Shown here in pieces: positions 1 to 13,934 of a DNA stretch of 64,000 nt. The stretch lies in the NCBI RefSeq assembly GCF_009914755.1, contig NC_060930.1, one strand, 5' to 3'. The notes beneath the pieces were generated by a model. It was not told where the DNA came from, did no database searches, and saw only the letters and a program-made list of their open reading frames with translations. A program made the translations under genes and the position numbers. The stretch's first letter is position 1. Every line of letters begins with the position of its first letter. This stretch comes from the human T2T-CHM13v2.0 reference genome, Homo sapiens.

Positions 1-800
1 TTGGGGATTCAATTATCTGTATAATTACTCAATTCTGTGCTGCATCTTCTAAATAAGCTTAGAATTTAACACACAATCATATTCTTTCTTTAGGTAATTA
101 GTTCCGGGGATGAAAGAGTTAAGGAATTGCCATCCCATTTTGTTCAAAGATTTTTTTTTAAAGGCACTATTAGAAGAGATGAAATCTAATGTAAATGTCA
201 GTCCCATCTCAAAATAAACTTGCTATTAGAATCCAAAATCCTCTAGGCTTATTAAGATGTTATGAATTTAGTAGGATTTCCATCACTCCTCCCTCTATTT
301 GTAGTGACCAAAGCATGAAACCATTGTTAAAACCACCTATTAATCAATTTGTTCTTCTGCTTTTCAGTAATTGAGTTTCCCAGATGAAACAGTATATCAA
401 CTTTAACCCTTTTCTAGTAAATTAAAGCTTTTCTTTTGCCAGCCAGAATCATTAATGCCATTTTGTTATCAAGAAATGTTCATACTTACGCTGTTAAATC
501 ATTAAGATAATTGAAATTATTTTACCTAGGCATCCTTTAGTTTTCAGACTCTTTTAAGTCTTTATGCCCTAGTAATTCTTGGAGTCATCTAAGGCTTTAT
601 GTATTCCTTTGATTGGGCATTTTCATTTTGGTGCATAGATTTGCGATTAACTTACTAATGACAAAAAGGTGAATTATAAAAATACCCCACCCTCTAGCAT
701 TCATTATCCATAATACATCATCAGTCTTCCCAGCCTTCAAACTGGTTTCCCTTTGGCTTAATTTTATTACTTTATCAATTTTAGGTATCATGATCCATTG
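1..800 (-). mobile_element. Highly decayed ancient LINE endonuclease region (L1/Tx1-like)
   Basis: Minus strand shows ordered remnants of AP-endonuclease motifs: IYAP (640-629), NFN for GDFN (518-510), QID* for RIDY, PRGFWILIASL (from 247 downward) for WxLNxSLL. Confidence 0.5.
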
Positions 801-1024
801 AAATTAAATTCATTTGGTTGAAACCAATAAAATACCATATAGTTGCTGTCAAGTTTTCTTTTAAAATGATATCTTTTATATTTAAAAAATTAAGTGATAT
901 ATTTTATCATTGCTTTTCCCCATATTTATTATAAAATATCTGTTGAGGTCCAATATCGTGTTCTTTAAGTGTCTCAATAGGAAAAAAAAAATAGCATATC
1001 AAATGAAGTAATTGGAAGTGTGTG

Positions 1025-1337
1025 TTTGTTTGAGACAGGGTCTCTCTCTGTCATCCAGGAAGGAGTGTAGTGGCATGAACACAGCTCACTGCAGCCTGAA
1101 CCTCCCCGGCTCAAGCTCCTGGGCTCAAGTGATCCTCCCACCTCAGCCTCCCAAGTAGCTGAGACTACAGGTTTACACTGCCACACCCCACTAATTTTTT
1201 TTTTTTTTTGTATTTTTTGTAGGGACAGTGTTTTGCCATGTTGCCCAGGCTGATCTCGAACTCAGGGGCTCAAGTGATCTGCCTGCCTCAGCCTCCCAAA
1301 GTGCTGGCATTACAGGCGTAAGCCACTGTGCCTGGCC
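1025..1337 (-). mobile_element. Alu (AluJ-like)
   Basis: Dimeric Alu, reverse orientation, with a small internal ggctcaag duplication. Confidence 0.9.
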
Positions 1338-1479
1338 TGAAAGAGTTTTAATAAATGAACTATGTAAAAAAGATGCAGTCAGAATGGAGGGAAACAAAAA
1401 GGTACAGGAATACATTCCAGAGGCAGCCACAATGGGGAGGCATCACCTGTCTTAGGCACGAAGGAGCAAGGAGTGGGAG

Positions 1480-1780
1480 CAACTGTTGTAACCTGAAGAG
1501 AGTGACTGTACCTGTAAGAGAGGTCTGACTGACAGGAGCTGTGTCTTTGTTGGAGGAAATAGCCAATCCAAGGTGACCTTGCAGCAAGGGAGCTGGGGCC
1601 CTGAACTCATCCTCCTTCTGCCCTTCCAATTTCTACTGGGAGTTCCCACTGACCACATTCAACTAGAAGCTAGAGGCAAGAGTGCCTTTTGATACAGTTC
1701 ACACAGGTCAGCCTTCTGTGGCACAAAGCAGGGCGGAGAATGGTGAACGTGCCTCTAAAGGGTCAAAGGGCAAATATTAC
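1480..1780 (-). mobile_element. Old MaLR LTR fragment (MLT1-like)
   Basis: Resembles recalled MLT1K/L sequence (aactagaagctagaggcaag...ggtcagccttc). Confidence 0.4.
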
Positions 1781-1908
1781 GTACTAAGCAAATGGTTGTC
1801 GAACACTTTCAGTTAGCGATCCTATTCATTTTAACTGAATAAACACTGGTGGAACATCTATTAGATGAGAGCCACTTTAGTGGGCTCTGAAGATGTGAAG
1901 ACAAGTAA

Positions 1909-2027
1909 GCAGGACTAGACTACGGTCAGGCAAGCAAAGTGTGTAGGGCACATTTGCATGTGCTTGAGGGTACCTCCTTAAATTTTGCGCTGAGGTTCTT
2001 TAGTTGCTTCACCCTAGTCTCAGCCTT
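1909..2027. mobile_element. MER91-like palindromic MITE (hAT-Tip100)
   Basis: Terminal inverted repeats gactacggtcaggcaagc / gttgcttcaccctagtc. Confidence 0.6.
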
Positions 2028-2098
2028 ATGAATAAGACTCCATCCCCACCTTCAAGGGTTTTTCAATCTAGCCAGACAAACATGAATAAAAAAGAACT

Positions 2099-2436
<338 letters not shown>

Positions 2437-2549
2437 TTATGAAAGCTCAAATGCCTGACTAATAAATCTCAATGACAGCATCTGGTATGGCTCCTCTGAA
2501 GACAGGTCATCTAAGCTGGGTATTCAGAAACAAGTAAGATTTTGAGAAA

Positions 2550-2725
2550 TCTATTTGTTCAACAAATACCTACTGAGCTTCTACTATATGCCAAGTCTTG
2601 TTTTAGATGGTAGGGGAAGAGCAGAGACCAACACACAGAAGGTCCCTGATCCCATAAAGCTATGTTCTGTTGGGAGCAAAAGACAAATAAAAAAGTAAAC
2701 AAGTGAGGGAATATCAAGTGGAGAC
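2550..2725 (-). mobile_element. L2 3'-end fragment
   Basis: ttcaacaaatacctactgagcttctactatatgccaag L2 tail signature. Confidence 0.6.
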
Positions 2726-2732
2726 GATTGGA

Positions 2733-3181
2733 TGCTCAAAGACAATTCAACTTGGGTGCCTTGCATTTCTGCATGTTTCATGAGAAGGGGCTCTAACTGT
2801 CCCTTTGTTTGGAACTGTCTTTTCAAGGATGTTTGTATAGCAAACAGCCTTGGAAGATAATAGTGTCCCCCTCGGGAGCAGGTGGTAGGTAGGTTTGCTT
2901 ACTGTCTAGTATGAAAGATTTGGGACACCTGAGCTCATGGTTCCTCTGCCAGTGTGTGTGCAGCATTCATGCAGGCCCTCCCCAGATCACTCCTGAATTT
3001 GAGGGGCAAAAGGAAGCAGCATAAATATGAAGCTCATGCCATCTGCTGTGTTGTGACTAATAAGGTGCTTTATCTTTGAACCAGGAGTCTAGTGTTTTCT
3101 GCCCTCATCCATGAAACCATGGCTGGCTACTTTGTTAGTTTGCAAGCAGGTAAAACCTCAGACCCTTTGTAGTTCTCAGCA
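2733..3181 (+). mobile_element. LTR40-type 5' LTR (ERVL)
   Basis: TG...CA ends; ttttcaaggatgtttgtatagcaaacagccttggaagata and ctcagaccctt match recalled LTR40; followed by a tggtg PBS-like start. Confidence 0.8.
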
Positions 3182-5021
3182 GTTTTTGGTGAGAATATAA
3201 GATGCTGACACAGACATTGCTTTCTGAAAAAGAAAGGATAAGTACCCTATGGGCCAGGTTCAGGAATATGAAAGGATTTTCTAGAATCCAGTGATAACAC
3301 TCTTATCCAATTGGTGAACAAGGATTGTAGGGGGATTAGTAAGGGTCTCCATGGTCCTGCCTGTTAATATATGTTTTAAGGCCAAGTAAAGGGCATAGGA
3401 ATAAAACAAGCAATTAGAACAGTGTTTTTGACATTGCTTGCTTGCCTCAGGTGGGAAGAAGAAGAAATGTTATAGTGACAATGAGGCAGCGAGTCCTGTG
3501 GCCAGAGCCAAAAGACAATATGGCTATAGCTACCGAGGCAGTGATGCTGAAATAAACGATATCAGCAATGAAGATGCAGAGATTTAGACAGGCTAAAGTC
3601 ATTAGAAGTTCATTTGGTTGCACTGCACTGTGACTGCTTAAAACTGAAAGTAAATACAAAGCCTTGATTTCCGGTGCAGAATCACTCTCTTCCTCTGCAC
3701 CTCTGTGATCTCTCCCTCTCTCTTGACCTTGAACTCAGCTGCTTCAAAGAGAAGGAGGATTGGGGCTGGGCCAAGGTCTCCCTGTCCCCAAGGGCAACTG
3801 GAGGCCTTATACACTTATCTGAATATGCTGGGAAAGCTTGGGGAGGGAAGGACCTCAAACTTTTAAGTTCTATTGGACATAGACAACCTACCCCAAAGTC
3901 CCAAGTGACAGGGGGTGGGTTGGATATACAGTAGGGAAGGGAAGTTAACACGACCTTGTGGATAGGATGAATCTCTAGTATGAATTGATGTTTTATATTC
4001 CCATACTTCCCTGTCCCAGAAGTTGCCAGAGGGGATTCCCCTGATCAAAGAGAGGCTAATGTATAGAAGTGTTAGTGGGATAAACCATCCTGATATTTGC
4101 GCCCAGCAGGTGATTTGGGATTTAGCATGAATGTGTCCATTCTCAGATGCCCAAAGTTTTCACTATTCAGATGATATCCTCCTGGTTAGCAAGTCAGAAG
4201 CCTGAGAAGATCCTGACTGTGGTATTATCCCATGTCTGCCAGCAGGGGTGGCTGAAAATCCTAACACAATTCAGAGGCCTGCTCAGTGAGTGAAGGTTTT
4301 TGGGACCATGTATGGATTCACAATGTTCAATCCCTCCATCAGTCAAGAAAAAACTACTGCCTGTAGCCAACCACCACCAAAAAGAAGACCCAGCACCTTA
4401 CTGTACTTTTTTTGGTTATTAGAGACAGTATGTGCCTCACTTGGGCATTTTTCTTGGTCCTGTACATGGGGTAACTTGAAAATCAGCACCCTGTAAGTGG
4501 GACTCAAAAAAAAAAGCAACAGCAATGATCACCACCACCACCAAGAAGTCTATTTTTACCCCTGTGAGCTACAAACCTCCATGACTGATGATTTTGCTGA
4601 TGGGAACTTCTGGTAAAGAGAGGTAGCCTTTATCTAGAGGTGCTCCTTGGGATTTTGGTCTTGTTACCTTACTGACATAGCTACCAGGTACATTTCTTTT
4701 GAAAAGCAGCTATTAACAACTTGCTATCTAGCTCTTGTCAACATCGAATGCCTAATTCATGGAGACTTTTGGACTTCCAGTCTGAAGTTCTCATTGTGGG
4801 GTAGGTCAACTTGGACTCAACTGGTAACAAGCTGTGAAGAGCCCAGTAACCCTTGTTTTCAAATAGAAATGGTATATTCAAGAATGCAGGCACCCTGGCC
4901 CCAGTTGCATCTCAGCTTCACATGAAAAACTGGCAGGTTTCTCTGGGAGAAACTATCTCCTCTATTCTACCATTTGAAACAAAGTCACTGGCTCAATAGG
5001 GCCTTTTGTTCACAGAATTCT

Positions 5022-7245
5022 GCCCTCAATCAAACTATGGCCTGCAGGCTGGCCACTCATTTTTTTTTAAATAAATAAAACAAAACTATGTTTTTCATGA
5101 TAAAAATAAACAGTGCAAAGAAGCATATGAGGGAACATGCATTTAAAAATATTGTTTTTAAAAAAATTTTAAGTTTTATTTTACTTTCAGGGATACATGT
5201 GCAGGTTTGTTATATAGGTAAACTCATGACTTGGAGGTTTTATGTACAGATATTTTGTCACCTGGGTACCAAGCATAGAACCTGATAGTTTTTTTTCTTT
5301 CCCTGAATCTCTCCCTCCTCCCATACCCCACCATCTGATAGGCCCCAGTGTGTGTTGTTCCCCTGTATGTATCCATGTATCCATTATTTAGTTTCAGTTA
5401 TATTGAATACATGCAATATTTGGTTTTCTGTCCCCACATTAGTCTGCTAAGGATAATGGCCTCCAGTTCCATCCATGTTTCTGCAAAGGACATCATCTGG
5501 TACTTTTTAATGGCTGCATAGTATTCCATAGTGTATATGTATTCTTTATCCAGTCCACCATCGATGGGCATTTCGGTTGATTCCACCTCTTTGTTATTGT
5601 GAATAGTGCTGCAGTGAACATATGTGTGCATGTATCTTTATGGTAGAGCCATTTATATTCCTTTGGGTATATACCCAGTAGTGGGATTGCTGGGTCAAAT
5701 GGTAGTTCTGTTTTTAGTTATTTGAGGAATCACCACACTTGCTTTACACAATGGCTAAATGGATTTACACTTCCACCAACAGTGTATAAGCATTCCCTTT
5801 GTCTCTGCAACCTTGCCAGCATCTGTTATTTTTTGACTTCTTAATAATTGCCATTCTGACTGGTGTAAGATGATATCTCATTGTGGTTTTGATTTGCATT
5901 TCTCTAATGATTAGTGATACTGAGCATTTATTCATATGCATGTTGGCCACATGTATGTCTTCTTTTGAAGTGTCTGTTCATGTCCTTTGCCCACTTGTGC
6001 CTACTTTTCAATTGGATTAATTGTTTTTTGTTTGTATGTTTGTTTAAATTCCTTGTAGATTCTGGATATTAGACCTTTGTCAGATGTATAGCTTGCAAAT
6101 ATTTTCTTCTATTCTGTAGATCACCTATTTACTCTTGATAGTTTCTTTTGCTGTACAGAAGCTCTTTAGTTTAATTAGGTCCTAGTTGTCAATTTTTGCT
6201 TTTGTTGCAATTGCTTTTGGCATTTTTGTCATGAAATCTTTGCCAGTTTTTAATGCCCAAAATGATATTCCTTAGGTTATCTTCCAGGGTTTTTATAGTT
6301 TTAGGGTTTATATTTAGGTCTTTAATTCATCTTGGGTTAATTTTTGTATGTGGTGTAAGGAAGGGGTCCAATTTCAATCTTCTGCATGTATTATGTAATA
6401 GCTAGCCAGTTATCCCAGCACCATTTATTGAATAGGGAGTCCTTTCCTTATTGCTTGTTTTTGTCAGCTTTGTCAAAGATCAGATGGTTGTAAGTGTGTG
6501 GCTTTATTTCTGGGCTCTCTATTCTGTTCCACTGGTCTATGTGTCTGTTTTTGTATCAGTACCATGTTGTTTTGGTTACTATAGCCTCATAGTACAGTTT
6601 GAAGTCAGGCGGTGTGATTTCTCCAGCTTTGTTCGTTTTGTTTAGGATTGCCTTAGCTATTTGGGCACTTTTTTGGTTCCATATGAATTTTAGAATAGCT
6701 TTTTCTAATTCTGTGAAGAATGTAATTGGTAGTTTGATAGGAGGAGCATTGAATCTGTAAGTTGCTTTGGGCAGTATGGCCATTTTAACGATATTGATTC
6801 TTCCTATCCATGAGCATGGAATGCTCTTCCATTTGTTTGTGTCATCTCTGATTTCTTTGAGCAGTGTTTTGTAACTCTCATTGTAGAGATCTTTCACCTC
6901 CCTGATTAGCTGTACTACTAGGTATTTTTTTGTGTGTGTGGCAATTGTGCATGGGACCGCATTCCTGATTTGGCTATCAGCTTGGGTGCTGTTAGTGTAT
7001 AGGAATGCTACTGCTTTTTGTACATTAATTTTGTATCCCCAAATAAAGTTTCATTAAAACACAATTACACCCATTCATTCCTGTATTGTCTATTTTTATT
7101 TTTTTCTTTACGTGGATAGAACATAATGTATTGTCTACTTTTGTGTTACTGTGGGAGAGTTGAGTAGTTGCAAAAGAGATCACACATCCCATAAGCCTAA
7201 AATATTTACTCTCTAGGCCTTTAAGAAAAAGTTTGTTGATTCCTG
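5022..7245 (+). mobile_element. MER58A hAT-Charlie element split by an L1 (pieces ~5022-5075 and ~7040-7245)
   Basis: caaactatggcc...aaataaa left part; aaataaagtttcatt...aagcctaaaatatttactctctaggcctttaagaaaaagtttg right part. Confidence 0.75.
5160..7039 (-). mobile_element. 5'-truncated L1 (old L1PA/L1PB), ORF2 C-terminus plus 3'UTR
   Basis: ORF 6556..6897 ([19 protein letters not shown]) and 5765..5950 ([21 protein letters not shown]) are L1 ORF2. Confidence 0.93.
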
Positions 7246-8164
7246 CTACAGATGCCTGGGCCTGAGTCACTGATGGTTCGGCAAAGCTGAAATCCAGTAC
7301 TGTCCAGTGAGCTGCTATAGCTATTCAGCTATGCAGAGGCAAAATGGATGCATTTGATCCTATCGGTGGGACAGAACTCAAGGTCTTCCCACAGCTCTGC
7401 CTAATATTCCCCTTGACAGACTCTGTTATATTTTTACTGACTCTTGGGGTGTTGCCAATGGCCTAGCTACTTGGTCTGCCACCTGGAAAACCAAAGACTG
7501 GCAGATTTAGAGATATCCCTCTTTGGGATCATGAACTGTGTTAACTAAACAGTCAGGCTCACTCAAGTAAATATTCATCATAAGAACCTATTCTTTGATG
7601 AAATCAACTGAAATCAAACTGCTGATCAAGCCTGCACAGCTTGGATTGCTACCATTGCTGCTGGAATCCATCCTCATACCATACATGGCAATACATCCAC
7701 CATCATAGACTGGGAACAAAGTAAAGGATTCAGTGTTTCTGAGGCTGCCACTGCATGCCAGACCTGTGAATCCTGCCATAAGCTGATCCATTTGTCTCAT
7801 GCTGTAGGCTGCCACACTGCCTTCCATGCACTGGTGATTGATATGCATTCAACTTTGGATCTTTGATTCCTCTGTTGGGGTTATCAGTGGTGCTTCTCTG
7901 CTGTAGATACTCTTTCAGGTTACAGTGTTACTGTTGCAGTCTGGTCAACAGACTCCAGCCACACTGTTGTGGCCCTTGAAACTAATATGCATAATGTGTT
8001 TGGCTTTCCATACTATTTGCAGTCTGATAGTGATACATTTATTATCACAAAAGCCACTCAAGAATGAGCTAATAATAGTTAAGTTATCCAGTGGTCCTTC
8101 CACATGCTGTACCATTCACAGGCATGTGGTATTGTTGAGTATTGGAATGGCCTCCAATACTGCA

Positions 8165-8303
8165 GCAGGAATATCTCTTGAACCTGGGAGGCAGAGGTTG
8201 CAGTGAGCCAAGATCGCGCCACTGCACTGCAGCCTGGGAGCCTGAGAAACAGTGTGAGACTCCATCTCAACCAAAAACAAAACAAAACAAAAACAAAAAA
8301 AAA
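8165..8303 (+). mobile_element. Alu right-arm fragment
   Basis: Right monomer only, with (AAAAC)n tail. Confidence 0.85.
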
Positions 8304-8309
8304 CCCTAT

Positions 8310-9240
8310 GTTTTTTAAATGAGTTTGGCAAATTTATACACCCATAAATATTATCAAAATAAAGATACAGAACTTTTCCAACATCTCCAAAAATTCCACT
8401 GGCCTCCTTTGCAGTCAATTTGCCCACGACCACTCCTGGCCTAGACAACCACTGCTCTGCTTTTTGTCACTGTAGATTAGCTTTAACTATTCTAGAATTG
8501 TATAAATGGGATTATCAGTATGTATTTAGGTGCCTGACTTCTTTCACAAAGTGTAATGTTTTCAAGATTCATCTATGTCATTGAATGCAGTTGTCTTCTT
8601 TTTTCTTGCTGGGAGAATTTCATTATGGGAATATACCACGATACATTGATTTTAAAAGAACATTAGTGCTGTTGGATTGTAATTGTGAGATAAATTTCAT
8701 TATTCATTCACCGGTTGATGGACATTTGGATTGTTTCCCAATGTTTTGAAATGTTGAATAAAACTGCTGTGTATGTTCATGTGTTTTTTTGGACATGTAT
8801 TTTCATTTCTTTTGGGTAAATACATAAGAGTAGAATTGCTGGGTTGCATGTTAACCTCATAAGAAGCTGCCAAATTGTTCCCCAAAGTGGCTGTATTATT
8901 TTTACATTCCCATCAGCATGAAGAGTTCCATGTTTCTCTACCTCCTTGACAACACTTGGTATTGTCAGCTTTTTTACTAATAGCCATTCTAGTGAGGATG
9001 TAGTGGTATCTAATTGTGGTTTTAATTTGCATTTCTCTGGTAACTAATGATATTGAGTATATTTTAATGTAACTATTGGCCATTTGTGCATCTCTTTTTT
9101 AGTCTATTAAAATCTTTTGCCTATTTTAAAATTAGGTTGTTTGCCTTTAATTACTGAGTTCTAAGAGTTCTTTAGATAATCTAGGTACAAATTTTTTTCA
9201 GGTGTGTGTTTTGGAATATTTTTTTCCCAGTCTAACAATA
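8310..9240 (-). mobile_element. L1M (L1MB/ME-type) 3' end
   Basis: gatggacatttggattgtttcc; tggtatctaattgtggttttaatttgcatttctc. Confidence 0.8.
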
Positions 9241-9835
9241 TTAACTTTCTAAATAGTTTTCATTTCAAAAGAGCTCACCTCTAATAAATTATGTTTTGCT
9301 TAGCTGAAGGCCATTGCTGTTCTTTCAAGGTTTGTATCATATGCTTCTGGATAGCTTAAAAGGGTAGTGTGTTTTACACACATTTATTTCTATTGCTTAT
9401 TTAGTGTACTGGTGTTTACCAATGTCCATCCTCCAAAATGCCTTGGCCAATTACATACCTGTGGCTCTGAATGCTCCTTAAATTTTCTGTGTTTTCAGAT
9501 CCCTGACTTGGCTGAAAAATATTCCAATAACCACAGTAAGGTGAAAGTCACATTAGCTCCATACAGCAAGAACTGCCATAGCCTACCCCAACATCATTAT
9601 CCCTTTTCTACTGATTTTATCAGAGGAGGCAATGTGCTTAGCTGAAATATACTTCCCACCCTCCTCACAGCTGGGTGTGGCCATGTGGTTAATCCTGGAC
9701 AACAAGTTGTCAACTTCTTGTGGGACATACATGAAGAAAAAGAAAAAAGATAGTACTTTTTTTTTTTGTAGTCAGAGTTTTTAGGCTTAAGACAGATGCC
9801 ACATGTTACTTTATACTTAAAGATTTATTAAATGC

Positions 9836-10128
9836 CGGCTGGGCGTGGTGGCTCAAGCCTGAAATCCCAGCACTTTGGGAGGCTGAGGGGGTTGGATCAC
9901 GAGGTCAGGAGTTCAAGACCAGCCTGGTCAAGATGGTGAAACCCCGTCTCTACTAAAAATGCAAAAATTAGCCGGGCGCGGTGGTGGGTGCCTGTAATCC
10001 CAGCTACTCAGGAGGCTAAGGCAGAGAATTGCTTGAACCCGGGAGGCGGAGATTGCAGTGAGCCGAAATCACGCCACTGCACTCCAGCCTGGATGACAGA
10101 GCGAGACTCCATCTCAAAAAAAAAAAAA
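9836..10128 (+). mobile_element. Alu (AluSg-like)
   Basis: Perfect 16-bp TSD aaagatttattaaatg (9819-9834 / 10126-10141). Confidence 0.95.
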
Positions 10129-10206
10129 GATTTATTAAATGTTATGTTATTGTTCTTCCCCTTTTCCCTTGGCTTTTCTTTCTCTCCCCTCCTTTCTTTT
10201 CCCGTT

Positions 10207-10696
10207 TGTATTAGGTATCTCCAGAAACAGAACAAGTAGGATATTTATAGATATACAGAAATTTATTATGAGGGATCGGCTTACAGGGTTATGAAGGCTG
10301 AGGAGTCCTACAATCTGCCATCAGCCAACTGAAGGCCCAGGAAGGTCAATAATGTTATGCTGGTCTAAGCTGGAAGGCCTGAGACCCAGGAGACCCAGTC
10401 CAAGTCCGGAGGCCGAGAACTGGAAGCACCAATGTCTGAAGGTAGGAGAAGTTAGATGCCCAGCTTAAGCAAAGAGATAATTCCCACTTCCCCCATTTTT
10501 TTCTTCTATTCAGGGTCCCCAGTGTATTAAATAATGCTCACCCACATTGAGAAAGGCCATCTGCTTTACTCAGTTTACCAGTTCAAATGCCGATCTCTTC
10601 TGGAAACACCCCTACAGACGTACCCAGAAATGTTCTTTCAGCTATCTGGACATCCCCATAGCCCAGTTAAGTTGACATATAAAATTTACCATCACA
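10207..10696 (-). mobile_element. MLT2 solo LTR (ERVL)
   Basis: tgtattagg...ctccagaaacagaac start; gcccagttaagttgacatataaaatttaccatcaca end. Confidence 0.85.
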
Positions 10697-11246
10697 CTCT
10701 CCTACCATTCCTCTTTTTGCCTTTCTTCTATCTCCCCTACTTCCTTATCTCTCTTCTCTTTCTCCAGAATAATAGCTTTATATTTTATGTGTTAGTTTAT
10801 AATAGGAGTTATACTACAGGAGGTTACCTAGTCTTAAATGACTTGAAATTGAAGGGTGGTGTAGCAGAGTAGTTTTGTTTTGAGGGAGGATCTTCCTTAA
10901 AATCCCATTCTGGGTTCCTTTATACATCTTCTCTGGCACTTGACTTCATTTGCTTTAAATAATCTACTGTTCCGTGGTTCTGACTTTCCATTGCCTCCTA
11001 CACATCTGTTTGGATTGATATTCTGCTGTTCGTCATGCAAGCATGATTTCACTTTGAAAATGATTTCCTTTTGATGGATGCTCTGGTTGTTCAGGCGAGC
11101 ATGGTCTTGTGTTTTTAACATTCTCTTCAGCTGGTCTCAGCACTCCAACAGCCATCCCTCAGGGTCTCAGTCATTCACTCATGCTAGCTCCGGACTTCTT
11201 TGTAATTAAATGCCAAAAATGCTGTATTCCTTGGATTAATCTATAT

Positions 11247-11456
11247 CAGGGCTCAGCAAACTACAGCCGGTGGGCCAAATCTGGCCCTAGCTTGTTTTTG
11301 TGTGGCCTGTGAGCTAAGACTGGTTTTTAGGCTTTTTAAGTGTTATAAAAGCAAATGAAAAAAACTACGAAGAATATGTGATAGAGACTGTATATAGCCC
11401 ACAAAGCCTAAAAGATTCACTATCTGGATCTTTATTGAAAAGTTTGCCTAACCATG
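11247..11456 (+). mobile_element. MER58-family DNA transposon
   Basis: cagggctcagcaaactacagcc...aaagtttgcctaaccatg terminal inverted repeats. Confidence 0.75.
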
Positions 11457-13499
11457 ATTTCTATTAAAAAATTGTTTTCATGTGACACCACATCATGCAA
11501 AACAGCAAGCTTCATGTCTTCCCAATTTAGAAATTCTTTTGGTATGGTTTGACTTTAAGTATAAACCATGTAGACTATATGAAATATTCTTTAGGTAGAG
11601 CCCAGAGAAGATCTCAAAAGACAATTAGTGAAGCAGCTGAAACCGAGATTCAGTGAGAGACTTTATGATTGAGTGAGACGTGCTAGACAATGGTTGCAAA
11701 TGGCTCCAAATTGGAAGTAACAAGGACCAATGCACGAAATTATGTGAAAACTGAACTACTTCTCATTTGGCCTTCTTTGTAGGAAGCTCTAGGGAAGTAG
11801 CACCAAGGATTTATTTATCTGATTGTGGGGAATTATTTGGCCAAGAGAACTCAGGGGAGGTTAGCTAGTATTAAGCAACCCTTTCACTCATTCATACCAT
11901 TCATTATTCATATTGCTCATTATCAAGTGGAAAGGGATAAACCTAGTTATTAGCTTTACACATTGTGACATTTGCATTCAGCTTGAGCACAATACCAGCT
12001 ATTTTCACAATAAAAAAGTTGATCATCTTATTCCTCTAATCTGCCCCCCTTATCCAGCCTTTTTTCTCACTCTACTCCTTCACAAATTTCTTACCTTAGG
12101 CCACATATTCCCTCATATGCTTTTGCACAGGTAGGTGTCCACCTGAAACACCTTTCCCCTAATTCTGTCTATTGAAATTCTGTTTATCCTTCCATGTCCA
12201 CATTTCCTAGAAACCTCCCAGATGCCCTCAGTTGCAGTTTGTTTCTCTGGGTTCTAGGGTTCCAGTGATCCCGGGCCACTTTTTGGGCTTGTTTCTTGGC
12301 CTGGAGGTTCCCTACCACGCAAATGATGTAAATTCAAGTTATACACCCAAATATGTCACAGAACCGGCATTTTGATTTCTGGTGACTATTTTCTAACCCA
12401 AGGCCCCAGAAGGGCAGCATCTTTCTTCAAGGCTTTCCTGGACTTGTGGAGAGTTTTCCTGGCTCCTTTTCCCTGGAGAAGGCAGTGCTTCACAGCTCTG
12501 ACCTTCATGCCCAAGGCCCAGGTAGGCTCCCAGCCTCATATAGAGCCTAGGCTGAACTTCTTGTCCTTCAATCAGCAGTCCCAAGGGCCTCCATTCCATT
12601 CAATCCCTATGGGCTGTGGCTGCATCACCCTGCTACTGCGTGCTGCTCTGACTTTGGTGTCTGCCTTTGTTTTTGCTTCCTGCATTTTTACCATTCTTTT
12701 GTGCTTGGCTTGTAGTAAAATTGTATTGTGGTGTTGTCCTATTTTATCCAGCATTTCTATGTTTTGGGAGCTGGGTGTAAGATGGTGATGCAGGGAGGTA
12801 ACCTGCTTATGTCAGCTCATTCTGCTATGTTTCCTGATGGTCCCAGAACAGTATACTCGTGTTCAATGATGGAAGTTGTCACAGCTATTCATTCCATTTA
12901 ATCTGTGTAAATAGAAAGATCCCAAGTACACCTCTTATGTAATAACACTACTTCTCTGTAACATCTGGATATCTAGGGTTCCCACATAAGATTGTTTCTG
13001 GAGTTTTTGCAACTAAAGAAATAGATCCCAATGAGGAAAGGTTAAATTCCCAGAGATGTGTGGGAGACAATGAGCAGGCCAAGGGAAATTTCACAGTACT
13101 AAATTATAGTCAATTTTCACTTACCTGGGCAGATGAGCATTTTGCCACAATGCAGATAACCAGGAATTCACTGAGTGGCAGTCAACCCTATGCCAAATAA
13201 TGTTTAAATTTAAATTATAATTTGGCATTCTAAGAGTACACTTCAAGCACTTCTCATATAGCTAAAATGACTGTTACAAATAGTTAAACAAAGGATTGTT
13301 TATATTGAGAATAGCTTGCATTTTAGAGGGCAAATCTGACTTTACAGGTCAATGGATTAACTTTATGCAATTTCACTCATGGTTACAATGGAGGAATAAT
13401 ATAGGACAGGTAGTTAGAAGCCATTTATATCAGGGCATTATTTTATTTCTAAATATGGTTGTATAAAAAATTAAGACAGCTTGACCAATTACTTGGTAA

Positions 13500-13829
<330 letters not shown>

Positions 13830-13934
13830 TAAATTATATATTCTTAATTTGAAATAACAAGTGTCCTCATTCTTCCAGACCGAATCCTTGAATTCATTCC
13901 TATAATATGCATGACTGGGAAAACACTGAGTTAA

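Larger units (their letters stand above)
3182..8155 (+). mobile_element. Decayed ERVL internal region (HERVL40-like pol), interrupted at ~5020-7245
   Basis: RT HYSDDILL (4161-4184; YIDD), VKFLG-like, PTTKK...HLG thumb, FEKQLLTTCYLAL; RNase H TDGSA and FTDSWGVANGLATWSATWK (~7430); integrase VDTLSGY, QSD and [15 protein letters not shown] (~8110). Confidence 0.85.

Noticed and set aside
974-1455. Alu-derived ORFs (also near 2215, 9988, 13620, 26077, 31302, 46225, 48962)
   Set aside because: Standard Alu translations
3182-8155. Functional retroviral pol or domesticated ERVL gene
   Set aside because: Catalytic motifs are mutated, with many stops and frameshifts and a 2-kb interruption
12372-12788. 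138-aa hydrophobic ORF
   Set aside because: Non-AUG start, no recognisable domain or exon structure; probably within an old LTR-like sequence I cannot name
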